Below, piece by piece: positions 30,735 to 44,569 of a stretch of DNA of 64,000 nucleotides (position 1 is its first letter; every line of letters begins with the position of its first letter). The notes under the pieces were generated by a model. The model was not told the DNA's origin. It worked only from the letters and a program-made list of their open reading frames with translations, and did not search any database. The DNA is from Cirrosporium novae-zelandiae (lineage: Eukaryota): NCBI GenBank assembly GCA_026023565.1, contig JAPETS010000001.1:1426001-1490000 (forward strand), in the 5' to 3' direction. The position numbers were made by a program, and so were the translations under genes.

Positions 30735-31274
30735 TGATGATTATTTATTGTTTTATATCTATATATTATTTAGAAGCTATAACGGACTTTACTCGGGGGC
30801 TTTTAGGCCCCTTTGTATCCCCTTTCGGGCTTATTTTTAACTATGGTGGTGGGGGTTACCCCCCTGGTTCGGCTATATAGTTTCCCCTCTTTTTTGGGTT
30901 TCCTAGAATCATCTGATTTATCTAACCGGATAATTTTTTAGCGCTATTTCGGTATTCGTAACCTATAAATAGGCCTATTCGCATCTATTTTCGATTTTTT
31001 CAGTCTTTGCTTATATATACGCTCACCCCGCGTTTCTAGTACGGGCCCAGCTTTTACCCAATACCTGCCTCTGGGTCCTTCTCCCCCCCGTGTCCGGGTT
31101 CTACCCACCCCCAATCCAGGTACGCCTCACGATTTTCCGTTTCGTGTCTGGCCCAGTATTGGGGCTTCCCCACCTCCGTATCGCCTAAAAAACGCACCCA
31201 ATCTTTAGAGAACCTTCGGTCCCCTAATACGAATACTAGCTTTTCCCTCTCGGCTATACTGGGCCACTGGCCCC
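30735..31274 (-). mobile_element. 5'-truncated LINE insertion (540 bp), weakly RIPed
   Basis: 13-bp TSD tatataatttata (30722-30734 and 31275-31287), tgatgat tail, and a GC-rich version of the family 3' end. Confidence 0.94.
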
Positions 31275-33158
31275 TATATAATTTATAATATAACGGAAAA
31301 ACAGATTATAAAACCGTATAATTAATTATATAATTAAAATATAAAAAAATCGTTTAATAGATTTTATTAAATATATTTAAAATATAAAAAAAATAAAATA
31401 TTAAAATATACGTTTCAAAAACTAATAAATAAATTTTATTAAATAAAAACGGGGTACGCCGTTACTAGAGAATATATATATCGTACGAATATTATTATTA
31501 TTCCAGAATATTAATAATATAAAATTTTATATTAAAATATATTTTATTAAATATTAATATATCCGCGCTAAAAAATAATGAAAACCCGTTTACGGGAAAT
31601 AATAAAAAAATAAAAAAACTAATAATCTAATATAACCGATAAAAAAAAACTAATATTCGTATTAAAAAACCGAAAATTTTTTAAATATTAGATACGTTTT
31701 TTAGGCGATACGGAAATAAAAAAATCCCAATATTAGACTAAATACGAAATAAAAAATCGTGAAACGTATCTAGATTAAAAATAGATAAAACCCGGATATA
31801 GGAAAAAAAACGATTTAAAAATAAATATTAAATAAAAACTAGGCCCGTAATAAAAATAAAAGATAAATATATATATAAATAAAAATTAAAAAAATTGAAA
31901 ATAAATACGAATAAACCTATTTATAAATTACGAATACCGAAATAACGCTAAAAACTATCCGGTTAAATAAATTAAATGATTCGAAAAAATCTAAAAAAGG
32001 GGAAACTATATGACCGGACCAGAAAAATAACCCCCACTATTTTAGTTAAAAATAAGCCCGAAAAAAAATATAAAAAAACCTAAAAACCCCCGAATAGAAT
32101 CCGTTATAGTTTCTAAACGATATATATATATAAAATAATGAATAATCATTATTATTATATAATTAAATATTTTTTTAACGTTTATAAATAAAATATAAAT
32201 TATTTATATTTAATTAAATTTTTTTATTCGATATATTAAATACGTAAATATATCGATTATATTTCGATTATTTTTTAATTAATACTTTATCGGTATTTTT
32301 AAATTTCAATAATAATATTCTTTAAATATATTTTTATTATATCAAATAATAGTTTAATCGGAAATAATATCGGATTATTTTTATTATTTTATTAAAACTT
32401 TATTATTATAATATATATAATATTTTAAATTAAATTCGTTATATTTTAAATTTTTATTCATATTTTATATATATAACGTTTTTCGTACCGTTTTTTTAAA
32501 TAATTATTGATCGAATATTTTTTTATCGAAAATTAAAATTCGGGATTTTTTAATAATAACTGAAAAATTCGTTTTTATATAAAAAAGATTTTATTTTTAA
32601 TTTCTATTATTATTTTTCCGTTTTTTATACGGAATACTATTATTAGATTTCGGTTTTTAAATTTATAATATTTTAATATTTTTTATTCCCGTTAAATATT
32701 TTTAGAATCTAAAAATTTATTTAAATCGTTTTTTTTTTTTTTTAATTTTAATTAATTTTATAAATTCTTCAAATATTATTTTAAATTTTCCGGAAATTCG
32801 GCGTTTTTATTTTATTTTTTTAAATATTATATAATATTTATATTTGTTAACGATATATTCGGGATTTTGTGAAATTTTCGATTAAATATATATTTATTTC
32901 GGTTTTATATATTTATTTACAATAATTTTTAATTAAATTATAATTTTTTATATTTCGTTTTTTAATTATATTTCCGTATAATTTATAGTTACTATATTTT
33001 TTATAATTAATTAAAATTTCTATTTTTATTTCGTTTTTATTTATTATTAGGGGTTTTCTAACGATTTCAAATTCTATGAATTCGGATTAATTAATTTATT
33101 TTTTATAAAATTTTTTTAAATATTTATTATTCATTTTATTTTTAAAAATATATATTTT

Positions 33159-33309
33159 TGTTAGGGGACCCTAGGTCATGCAATACCTATGGTTCTGATT
33201 TGGGTGATATGTAGATTTGTTGGTTGTCTAGGCTAGGGAGGAGGCTCACCTTGTAAGGTGAGCCTAGGGTCTATACCCTAATAGTCTAACCTAAAAGGGA
33301 ACCATAACA
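33159..33309. mobile_element. 151-bp solo LTR-like insertion, family 2
   Basis: TGTTA...TAACA termini and a 5-bp TSD atttt (33154-33158 and 33310-33314). The empty site tatatattttttaatttttgat is seen in copy G (~26779). Not RIPed. Confidence 0.85.
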
Positions 33310-33630
33310 ATTTTTTAATTTTTGATTATAAATATTAATTATTTCAATCAAGTTTTTTATTTTTTTATTTACGTTTATTATATTAATATTTAATATTACG
33401 AAATAAAAATAATTAATTAAATTGATTTTTATAATTATTTTAAATATAATATTTTTTCAATTTTTATATATAATAATAATCGTTTTTACGATTTTATTTT
33501 TTATTTTTTATTTAAATTGTTAATTCGGATTAATAAAAATTTTATTCCGGATATAAATTTTTTTTTTAATTTTTGATTAAATTTTTATAATAACAATATA
33601 TTCGTTTTAATTTATATAATTAATTTTAAA

Positions 33631-33720
33631 ATTATAATTATTATATCGTATTTTTTATAATAATTATATTATAATATTATAATTATTATATCGTATTTTT
33701 TATAATAATTATATTATAAT
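33631..33720 (+). repeat. Perfect 45-bp tandem duplication inside fragment F
   Basis: attataattattatatcgtattttttataataattatattataat occurs twice in tandem. Confidence 0.88.
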
Positions 33721-34252
33721 ATTATTATTTAAAATTCGGATATATCGTTATTTATTTATAATACGGGTATTACTGGTATTTTCGATATTATTAATATTTC
33801 GGGCGTTATTTACGTTTTTATTGTTATTTTTTTTAGAATTAATTTAAAGATTTTTGATTTTTAATTAAAATTCTATAAATTTATATTTTTTTTTAAAAAA
33901 ATAAATATATAAAATAATTATATAATATTTTTACGGCGTTTTTTTTTTATATATTTTATTTTTATTTTTCGGGCCGTTAAATATTATCCGTTAATAATTA
34001 TATAAAAACCTAAATAATTTATATATTTCAACAGGATATATATATAAATCCCCGTACGTATAAATTTATATTCTATGATTTAATACCGATAATTTTATAT
34101 TTCGTATATTTTTACGTATATTATATATTTAAAATATCTATTTTTATATTTTAATTAAATATATTTTAAATACGTTTTATTTAGTTCTAACGTAAATTAT
34201 CGGGTATATTTAAATTTATATTTTATTAAATAATAATTTACCGTTTTTTATT

Positions 34253-34958
34253 GATGATGATGATTATTCATTGTTTTATGTCTATATACCGCTTAGAAGC
34301 TATGACGGACTCTACTCGGGGGTTTTTAGACCCTTTCGTATCCCTTTTCGGGCTTACTTTTAGCTAAAATGGTGGGGGTTATCCCCCTAATTCGGCTAAA
34401 TAGCTTCCCCCCTTTTTTAGATTTCCTAGAATCATCTGACTTATCTAACCGGATAGTTTTTTAGCGCTATTTCGGTGTTCGTAGCCTATAAATAGGTTTA
34501 CTCGCACCTATTTTCGATTTTTTCAGTCCTTATTTACGTATACGCTCACCCCGCGTACCTACTACGGGCCTAGTTTTTACCCAACACCTACGTCTGGGTC
34601 CTCCTCCCCCCCGTGTCCGGGTTCTACCCACCCCCAATCCAGGTACGCCTCACGATTTTCCGTTTCGTGTCTGGCCCAGGACTGGGGCTTCCCCACCTCC
34701 GTATTGCCCAAAAAACGTATCCAATTTTTAGAGAACCTTCGGTCCTCTAATACGAATGCTAGCTTTTCTCTTTCGGCTATACTGGGCCATTGACCCCCCC
34801 GCTTTTCCACTGCTCCCCGCAAGCGGGCCTTAGCTGCTCTCCAGCGCGGGCATATTAATATCAAATGGGGTATATCTTGATATGGGGCCCCGCACCACCA
34901 GCATTCCGGGGTAGTAGTAGCTTTCGTACGGTGTATATACTCCCCGGTGGCGGCGTGG
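34253..34958 (-). mobile_element. 5'-truncated LINE insertion (706 bp), nearly un-RIPed
   Basis: 12-bp TSD ccgttttttatt (34241-34252 and 34959-34970) and a (GAT)n tail gatgatgatgattattcattgtttt. Confidence 0.95.
34577..34957 (-). pseudogene. LINE ORF2 C-terminal remnant with CCHC zinc knuckle
   Basis: The open frame reads HAATGEYIHRTKATTTPECWWCGAPYQDIPHLILICPRW..., giving C-x2-C-x8-H-x4-C, typical of LINE ORF2 C-termini. It extends the track ORF 34577..34864 upstream. Confidence 0.9.
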
Positions 34959-37252
34959 CCGTTTTTTATTTTTCATATGTTATAAACGGGAATATTATTT
35001 TAATTAAAATAATATATTTTTTTAATATAAATTTGGTTCGTATCTATTTTTAATAATACTTTTTCGGTATTATTTATACGATTATCGTATTTCGGGATAA
35101 TAAATATATTTTTTTTAAATTTTTAAATATTTTTATATTTTTATTTAATATAAAATTTTTAATAAATATATATTTATTATTATATTATTTATTTTTATTA
35201 TAATTTTTAGAATTTTGTATTTATATTTAAATAATAATATATCCGTATTAATTTTTTTATTAAATATAATTTTTAAATTAATTTTTTTATTAATATAAAT
35301 TTCTCGTATTTATAATTTAAATAATACGTTTAAATTAATTAATTTAACGTTAATCGCGGTTTTTATTAATTTTATAAAACCCGAATATTTAATTTCTTTT
35401 TTATTAAAAATTAATATTTTCTGATTTTCAGATTTTATATTCCCGTTTACGGACCTCAGCAGTTTAAAAAAAATTATCAATTAATTTAAATATTCAATAT
35501 TTTATTATTTTTCGATAAATTATAACCGATTTTAAATCTGATATTTCTATTATATTGCTAAAAAATATATTATCCGTTTTACGCTATAAATATTTATATT
35601 AATTATATATTTATTAAAAAATTATTTATTATTTCGAATTTATTTTAAATACGTAATCTACAAGTATCTATTATTAAACGGATTAAAAAACGTTTATAAA
35701 TATATAAATTATAAAATATTTATAATATTTAATATTTAAACTTTACCGAATAAACCGTATTTCGATTTAAACACTAATAAATAATAACAAAATTGTTAAA
35801 CGAATAAAAAATCCAAATTATTGATCAGAAATTTTTTCGCAAATTTTAAATATATTATATTTAATATTCTTTTTATATAATTTCCAAAAAAATACGATTT
35901 ATCTAGAATTATATATAAAAATTATAAAAATAATACTGTATAAAGAATTCTAGAATTTAACTCAGCGAAAATATTTTGAAATCTATATAAATAAAGAAAA
36001 TAATCTAAATAAATATTTAATTAAAAAAAATTCAGAAATAATAAAATATATTAAAAAAAAAAGATTTCTCGATTATTATATATTTTAATTATTTTATATA
36101 CGATATTATTCCGATATAATTAATATTAATTTTTAAAAAATCCACGTCAATCTATATTAATAATTAAAAAACCCAATAACGGTTATTAAAGCGATTTTGC
36201 GCATTCAATTTTCGATTTTAGATTTCGATCCAAGAAGATTCGGGAAATTCGTTATACGCCGATATATAATATTTATAAATAAAAAATATAAAATACCACA
36301 AATAAATAATTATCGATATGATAAAAAATATTTATTTTTCGAATAAATATATTTTATATTTTTTTTAATTACGAAATTTCCCTATTTTTTTATTAAATAA
36401 TCTTATTTCTGAAATAATTTCTGATATTAAATTTTTTTTAAATAGCGAAATTCTACAAAAAAACTAAGTTTTTAGAAATAAGAAAAATCAAAATATAGAA
36501 AACGAAAATATAAAAATAAAACAGCGATCAATAATTTCTTAATTCTATTTAATTTAGAAATTATTATTTCGGTAGATTAAGGATTTTCTACGACAGAGAC
36601 TGGCGTTACGAGGTAATTAAAAGATTTATTAACGCAATATTTCTGAGAAATTTAAATTGTTTTTTTCCAATTCAAGACCGGAAAATATATAAAAATATTA
36701 AATAAAAAAGATTTAATTTAGAAATAAATTTTATGCCTAATAATTTTTTGATACGCAGAATTAAATAATTTAATTATTATTTATAAATTAAAATAATATA
36801 TTTATTAATTATATAAATTTTAATTTTTTTATTTATAATAAAAAATTTTTATTTTATAATAAATTTTTAAAAACTAAATTTTGAAATTCTAATATTAATT
36901 AATATTATTATTTTATATATTTTTTATTTAAAATATAAAATAACGGTAATAATTATTATATAAATATATTTAATTTTTTTTTTTAGTTTTTTATTAAAAA
37001 TGTTATAAAATTTAATACGATATTTTTATTTTCAATAATTAAAATAAATTTTTTTTTTAAATTTCGGAATTGGTTTCCGGTCGTTACGATTATTTTTGGT
37101 ATATAATATTTTTAAAATATTAATTTAAATTATAATTTTTGTTTAATATTTTTTCGAATTATTAAATAATTATAAGAATATATTTTTTATTTATTATTTT
37201 ATAATTCTTTCGTAAAAAATAAAAACGGGAATAATCAAAATATAAAAAAATC

Positions 37253-40200
37253 AAAAAAACGTTTTTTGGTGATCCCGCGCTACCAAATCAATTCATTATT
37301 GTGACGACCGTTATACGAAATAATTAATATTTATTTAAGATTTATAAAATTTAATAATAATAGGGAAATATCGGGGGCTAAAAAAATACGTGCTGTTAAC
37401 GAGAATTAAACGGATACGAAAAAACGACAACGTTTAAAAAACGAATCGAATAAATCGGAACGAAATTTTATAATAAAATTTAACGATTCGGTATTACGAT
37501 TCTTATTTTAAAAAAAAAACGATTAAACGGAAAAACGTCGTCGAAAAATTTTATAAAAAAAAATAAATTAATAATCGGGATATTTTAATTAAATAAACGG
37601 TTAAATATATAATAATACGTATATTTCCCGTAATCAAAAAAAAAATATATTAAATTCTAAAAACCGACGATTTTACGGTATAATTACGGGAAATATTTTT
37701 CGCTTTAAAAATCCAAATAATCGTTTTAGAAAAACGAGATAATAAAATTATAAAAATTTAAAAAAAAAATTAAAAAAAATTATATACGATTAAATAAAAA
37801 TTTTTAATAATTAAAAATATAATTATAATAATAATCCAGATATTATAAATTTAAATAAAAACCGTAAAAATTATATATAACGGAATAGAAAATTTTATAA
37901 ATAAAAATTATATAATCCCGGTAATTAGGCCCGAACGAATAATAAAAAAAAAAAAAATAATATCTTTTCTAATAATACCCCGAACGGATATAATAACCGG
38001 ATCGTAAATATTTAGCACGCGGACAATAATATAAACGGATAAAAAAACCCAGAAAAGCCTTTAATAAACGGCAAAAATAACCAAATAGGAGACCCTATCG
38101 CTGGCACCGAAAACCCCGAAATAGATTTCTATAAAAATAACGCCGGAATTTACGGGGTTTATTTATACCAAAATAGCCAGTAAAATAATAGATAAACCTA
38201 ATAAAGAATAATAAATAATTAAACCCCGTAAAAAAGAACGTACTAGTTCCGCAGACGGGGATACAAAAACTGAAAATCAGAAAATACTGATTTTTAATAA
38301 AGAAAAAATTAAATATTCGGGTTTTACGGTATTAATAATAACGGCGATCAACACCAAATTAATTAATTTAAACGTACCGCCTGAATTACGGGTGCGGGAA
38401 ATTTATATTAATAAAAAAAATAATTTAAAAATTATATTCGATAAAAAAATTAATACGGGTATATTAATATCTAAATATAAATAGAAAATTCTAAAAATCG
38501 TAACGAAAATAAATAATATAATAATAAATATATATTTATTAAAAATTTTATATTAAATAAAAATATAAAAAATATTTTTAAAAATATTTAAAAATCCAGA
38601 TAAATTAAATCTAATAAAAAAAATTTAAAAAATATTTATTAATTATTCCGCGATACGATAATCGTATAAATAATATTAAAAAAATATCGCTAAAAACGGA
38701 TACAAATCGGATTTATATTAAAAAAATATATTATTTTAATTAAAATAAAATTCCCGTTTATAATATACGAAAAATAAAAAATCGAAAATTATTATTTAAC
38801 GGAATATAAATTTCGATATACCTGATAATTTACGTAAGAAATAAATAAAATATATCTAAAATATATTTAATTAAAATATAAATTATTTCTAGAATATAAA
38901 AATAGAGCCTTTAAATATATTATATATACGGAAATATACGAAACGTAAAACTATCGGTGTCGGATAATAAAATATAAATCCGCGTATATAAAAGTTTATA
39001 TATATATTTTATTAAAATATATAAACTGTTTAGGCCTTTATATAACCACGGACGGAAAATATCCAATTACCCGAAAAATAAAAATAGAATATATAAAAAA
39101 AAACGTCGAAAAAACGTTATATAATCGTTTTATATACTAATTTTTCTAAAAAAAAAAATAAATCTAAAAAATTTTAATTAAAAATTAAAAATTCCCGAAT
39201 TTTAAAAAAGAACGAGAAAAAAAACGTAAATAATATCCGAAATATCGATAATATCGAAAATATCGGTAATATTTATATTATAAATAAATAACGATATATC
39301 CGAATTATAAATAAAAATATTATAATATAATTATTATAAAAAATATAATATAATAATCGTAATTTTAGAATTAATTATATAAATTAAAACGGATATAATA
39401 TTATTATAAAAATCTAGCCAAAAATTAAAAAAAAATATTTTATATCCGGCGTAAAATTTTTATTGGCCCGAATTAAAAACCTAAATAAAAAATAAAATCG
39501 TAAAAACGATTATTATTATACGTAAAAATCGAAAAAATAACGTATTTAAAATAACCGTAAAAATCGATTTAATTAATTATTTTTATTTCGTGGCGCTGAA
39601 TATTAATATAATAAACGCAGGCGGAAAAATAAAAAACCCAATCAATATAATTAATATTTACGATTAAAAATTAAAAATAAGGCCGATAATAAAAATTTAA
39701 AAAAGATTTATAAAACGTAAAATAAAAATTTATTTTTAATAAAAATAAAATAATATTAATAAAATATTTTAATATTTATAATTTAATATAAAAACCCGAA
39801 TAAATTATTTACGTAAACGACGCGTTTTTAATAACGTTTGTAAAAAAATAGAATTTAATTATATAAAACGATATTATTTAAAATATTTAATTCGAAAAAA
39901 AATCGATTCGTTATTTAATAATTAATTTAATAATAATTAACCCCGTTATAAAATTATTTTAAAAATAATTAATAAACGCAGTAATCGATAATATAAATAA
40001 TAAATTAAAAATTTATTTAAATTATATTTTTATTTAATTTAAATAAAAAGGTTATCGCCTAAAAATAGGTTAACCAACCCCGAATTTATAAAATTTAAAA
40101 CCGCTGGAAAATCCCTAATAATAAATTAAAACGAAATAAAAATAAAAATTCTAATTAATTACGAAAAATATATTAGCCGTAAATTATATAGAAACGCAGC

Positions 40201-43200
40201 TAAAAAATAAGATATAAAAAATTATTATTTAATTAAAAATTATTCTAAATAAATACGTAAAATCTGAACGTATATACGTTTGATCGAAAACGTAATAGAA
40301 TCCCGAATATATTATTAAAAAATACGAATATTATATAATATTTAAAAAAATAAAATAAAAACGCCGAATTTACGGAAAAATTAAAACGGTATTTAAAAAA
40401 TTTATAAAATTAATTAAAATTAAAAAAAAAAATAAATAAATCGATTTTTTTTTAAATATATATAAAAAAAAACGATTTAAATAAATTTTTAAATTCCGAA
40501 AATATTTAACGGAAATAAAAAATATTAAAATATTATAAATTTTAAAACCGAAATTTAATACTAGCGTTCCGTATAAAAAACGGAAAAATAATAATAAAAA
40601 TTAAAAAAAAAAAAATTTTTATATAAAAACGAATTTTTTTATTATTTGTAAAAAATCCCGAATCTCGGTTTTTAATAAAAAAAATATTCGTTTAATAATT
40701 ATTTAAAAAAATAATAAGGAAAACGTTATATATATAAAATATAAATAAAATTTTAAAATATAATAAGATTTAATTTAAAACGTTCCGTATATTATAATAA
40801 TAAAATTTTTATAAAATAATAAAAATAATCCGATATTATTTCCGATTAAAATATTATTCGACGTAATAAAAATATATCCGAAAAATATTATTATTTAAAT
40901 CCGGAAAAATCGATAAAATATTAATTAAAAATTATAAAATAATAAATTTATTATATTATTTAAATAAAATAATCGAAAAAATTATAATTAACGTATTAAC
41001 GGATATATACGAAAATCTAAATAAATTATATAAAAATTAATTTAAATCGAAATATAATCGAAACGTAATCGATATATTTATATATTTAATATATCGAATA
41101 AAAAAAATTTAATCGAAAATAAATAATTTATATTTTATTTATAAATATTAAAAAAACGTTTAATTATATATTATAATTTAAATTAATATAACGTTTAAAA
41201 TAATTAAAAATCGATAAAAATATTATTAAATAAATAATTAATTTTATAATTTAACGAAATATCGAATTAATAATCGACGGAAAAATATAATGCTAAATTA
41301 ATATAAAAACGGGGATATTATAAAAATTATTTATATCCCTAATATTATTTCTAATATATTGCAGCGGATTATTCGTAATTATAAAATAAACGGTTTTTAG
41401 AATCAAAATTCTATTATTCGTGAACGACGTGAATTTCTCGACCACCTATATAAATAATAAACAGGCCCGGAAAACTATTTAATAAATAATAAAAATAGCG
41501 GTTTAATAAAAAAAAAAAAATAAATTAAAATTCGATATTTAAAAAACTGAAATTATAATTTTTTTTAAATTATATAAATATTAAATTTAAATAAATATTA
41601 AATCGAAAATTAAAATCGATAATTATTTAATCGAATATAAAAAAAATTATATACGGTAATTAAATATATAATTAAATCCGAAATTTAATTTTTAGATCTA
41701 TTACGTCCAGCGATTAATTAAAATCCGATATACGGAAAACACAGTTAAATATATATATTACCGAAATAAATTATTTACGGGGTTTACGCGCCAAATAGCC
41801 GTAAAAACTATAATATTAATCTATATATACGGATATAAAATTTAATAGAAAGAATAAACCGGCTATTAAATAGAATTTCAAAAATTACTAAATAAATTTA
41901 TTAAATTAATAACGGAGATTTATAAATTAATCCTAATAATAACGATTATATAAAAAATTTATATATATTCCGTAAATATAATATTAAATACCGCGTAAAA
42001 AAAATATAAATTTCGATATTTTTAAAAAATCGAAAAAAATTTAACGAATTTAATATTATCGATAACGTTTAATATAAAAAACGTAAACGTTTAATTAAAA
42101 AAATAATCGTTAAAAAATTTTTAATAAATTTAGAAAATTAAAAAAAATATATTAAATTAATATTTAATTATAATAATAATTTAAAAAATAATATATTTAA
42201 ATTTTAAAATCGAAAAAATTTAAATAACCGAAAAAAATAGATTTTTAAAAAAAATAATAATATTTTTAAAATAATAGATTTTTAACGAAATATTAATATA
42301 GAATTAAAAAAATATATATTAATCGAATAAATCTAAATCAAAAAACCGTAAAATAAAAACGGGAATAATTTAAAAAATAATCGAAAAAATTTTATAAATA
42401 ATACGAAAATATTATTTAAATTAAAATAAAAAAATATTCGATATAAAATTTTAAAAAACGTAAATAATTTTATAAATAACGATTAAAACGTATTTAAATA
42501 ATTATAAAATTTTTAAAAAAAAAATAATAATATTATTTGATTCGTAAACGATTATTAAATAGATCGAAAAAAAAAAATTAAAAAAAAATTAAATAATCGT
42601 ATAAAAAATATATAAATATATTAAATATTTAATTGATTAAAAAACGAAATAATAAATTAAATAATTAAAATAAACGCGGCGCTAAAAAATAATAAAATAA
42701 TCGAATAAATTTTATTAATTTATATAATCCGTAATATAACGGAAAAACGGATTATAAAAATATATAATCAATTATATAATTAAAAAATAAAAAAATCGTC
42801 CGATAAATTATATCGAATATATCCGAAATATAAAAAAAATCGGATATTAAAATATACGTTTACAAAATTAATAAATAAATTTTATTAAATAAAAACGGAA
42901 TACGCCGTTATTAAAAAATATATATATCGTACGAAAATTATTATTATCCCGGAATATTAATAATACGGGGCCCCGTATTAAAACGTTTTTTATTTAATAT
43001 TAATATATCCGCGCTAAAAAACGGTTAAAGCCCGGTTACAGGAAATAATAAAAAAATAAAAAAACCAATAATCTAATATAATCGAAAAAAAAAAACTAAT
43101 ATTCGTATTAAAAAACCGAAAATTTTTTAAAAATTAGATACGTTTTTTAAACGATACGGAGATAGAGAAACCCTAATATTAAACTAAATACGAAATAAAA

Positions 43201-43604
43201 AATCGTAAAACGTACCTGGATTAAAAATGGGTAGAACCCGGATACGGGGGGGAAAACGATCCAGAGACAGGTATTAAATAAAAACTGGGCCCGTAATAGA
43301 AACGCGGAATAAACGTATACGTAAATAAAAACGGAAAAAATCGAAAATAAATACGAATAAACCTATTTATAGGTTACGAACACCGAAATAACGCTAAAAA
43401 ATTATCCGGTTAGATAAATCAGATAATTCTAAAAAACCTAAAAAAAGGGGGGAAGCTATATAACCGAACTAGAAAGATAACCCCCACCACCGTAATTAAA
43501 AATAAGCCCGAAAAAGAATATAAAAAAACCTAAAAACCCCCGAATAAAGTCCGTCATAGCTTCTAAATAATATATGGACATAAAACAATGAATAATTATT
43601 ATCA
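37253..43604 (+). mobile_element. Full-length Tad1-like LINE copy H (~6.35 kb)
   Basis: 5' aaaaaaacgttttttggtgatcccgcgc and 3' aaaacaatgaataattattatca. 15-bp TSD tataattctttcgta (37200-37214 and 43605-43619). Confidence 0.95.
39311..39800 (+). pseudogene. RIPed apurinic-endonuclease (APE) domain at the ORF2 N-terminus
   Basis: The as-is reading IKIL*YN...TDIILL*KS de-RIPs to M-x-x-LQ-x-N...D-x-x-LLQEP. Downstream tttaatatttataatttaatataa de-RIPs to a GDFNAH-x-P-x-W-like motif. This depends on manual back-mutation. Confidence 0.7.
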
Positions 43605-43619
43605 TATAATTCTTTCGTA

Positions 43620-44569
43620 TAATTTTATTACGTAATTTAGATTTCAATTTTATTATTAAATCCGAGATTTTTTTTGAACCGTATTTATGATTATTTATTA
43701 ATATATTTTTTTCGATTTTTTTAAAATATTAAATAAATTTTCTAATATTTTAGTTCGGAAATTGTTTCGTTTCGTTATATTTTAAAATTGCGTTTAATTA
43801 ATAATTCGCAGGATTTTTAATAATATTACGCATTTATTATAAATATTTTTTTTAAATTATATTTTTATTAAAAAAATAATATTATTTTTTATAAATTAAT
43901 TCGATAAAAAATATAATTACGTATATTACGCGTTTCGTATCGGTATTTAAATATGGGGCCGTATTTAAATATATCTATTAATTTAATATATAATTATACA
44001 ATTTTTTTTTATTTTTATTATTATACGTTAACGGTATTTTAGATTTATACGGGTTTAAATAAATCGTATTCTATATATTATCGGTAGAACGATAATATTT
44101 ATACGTATTAAAAATATTTTCGTTCCGTACGTTTTAAATATCGTCGTTATAATTGATAAATTATTATATTATAAAAATTTTATTTTTAAAACGTTTTATT
44201 TTGGATATTTCGATTAATTTATTATATCGTTATTTTAATTATTCGGACGTTATATTTAAAATCGATAATATATTTAATATTTTTAACGTATTTATTTTTT
44301 CCGTACGAATTTTTTACGTAATCGCTTATTCCGGCTGTATAATTTTTAGAATACGATTAATAATTCTATTTATTCCGGTTTAATTACACGGATTAATATT
44401 TTATTTCGATATAAATATATCGTTTAAATTTTAATTACGATACGTAATTATAATAAAATCGATTTTATAATTGTTTTTTTTAAAATAAAAAATAATTATT
44501 AATAATATTTAATTATTTTTTATTGTTTTATCGAACGATTTTCCGTTAATAAAATTAGCGTTCGATTAT
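43620..44569 (-). mobile_element. Probable RIPed internal (leader/gag) region of the family-1 LTR retroelement
   Basis: Directly follows the LTR and PBS on the minus strand. It is RIPed and not similar to the LINE. No protein motif was readable, and its extent left of copy H is unknown. Confidence 0.55.
44556..44567 (-). promoter_or_regulatory. Candidate self-priming primer-binding site
   Basis: Minus-strand aatcgaacgcta starts 2 nt after the LTR end and is the exact complement of LTR sequence tagcgttcgatt (18712-18723). Confidence 0.75.

Larger units (their letters stand above)
20897..32156 (+). mobile_element. Tad1-like LINE copy E, split into ~20897-22820, ~29255-30734 and ~31288-32156 by two later insertions
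   Basis: The three segments join colinearly once the inserts and one TSD copy each are removed. Tail aatgaataatcattattatt at ~32137-32156. Internal deletion near 21097. Confidence 0.88.
32157..35455 (-). mobile_element. Older, more diverged LINE internal fragment F, host to a solo LTR and a truncated LINE
   Basis: Colinear with ~25278-28215 of copy G, with extra non-RIP substitutions and deletions. Confidence 0.85.

Noticed and set aside
33160..33285. Telomeric TTAGGG-like repeats
   Set aside because: Only isolated taggg/cccta words within hairpins, not an array.
37253..37400. HDV-like ribozyme at the LINE 5' end
   Set aside because: I could not build the P1/P2/P3/P1.1 nested pseudoknot from the best consensus. 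RIP damage means this is not definitive.
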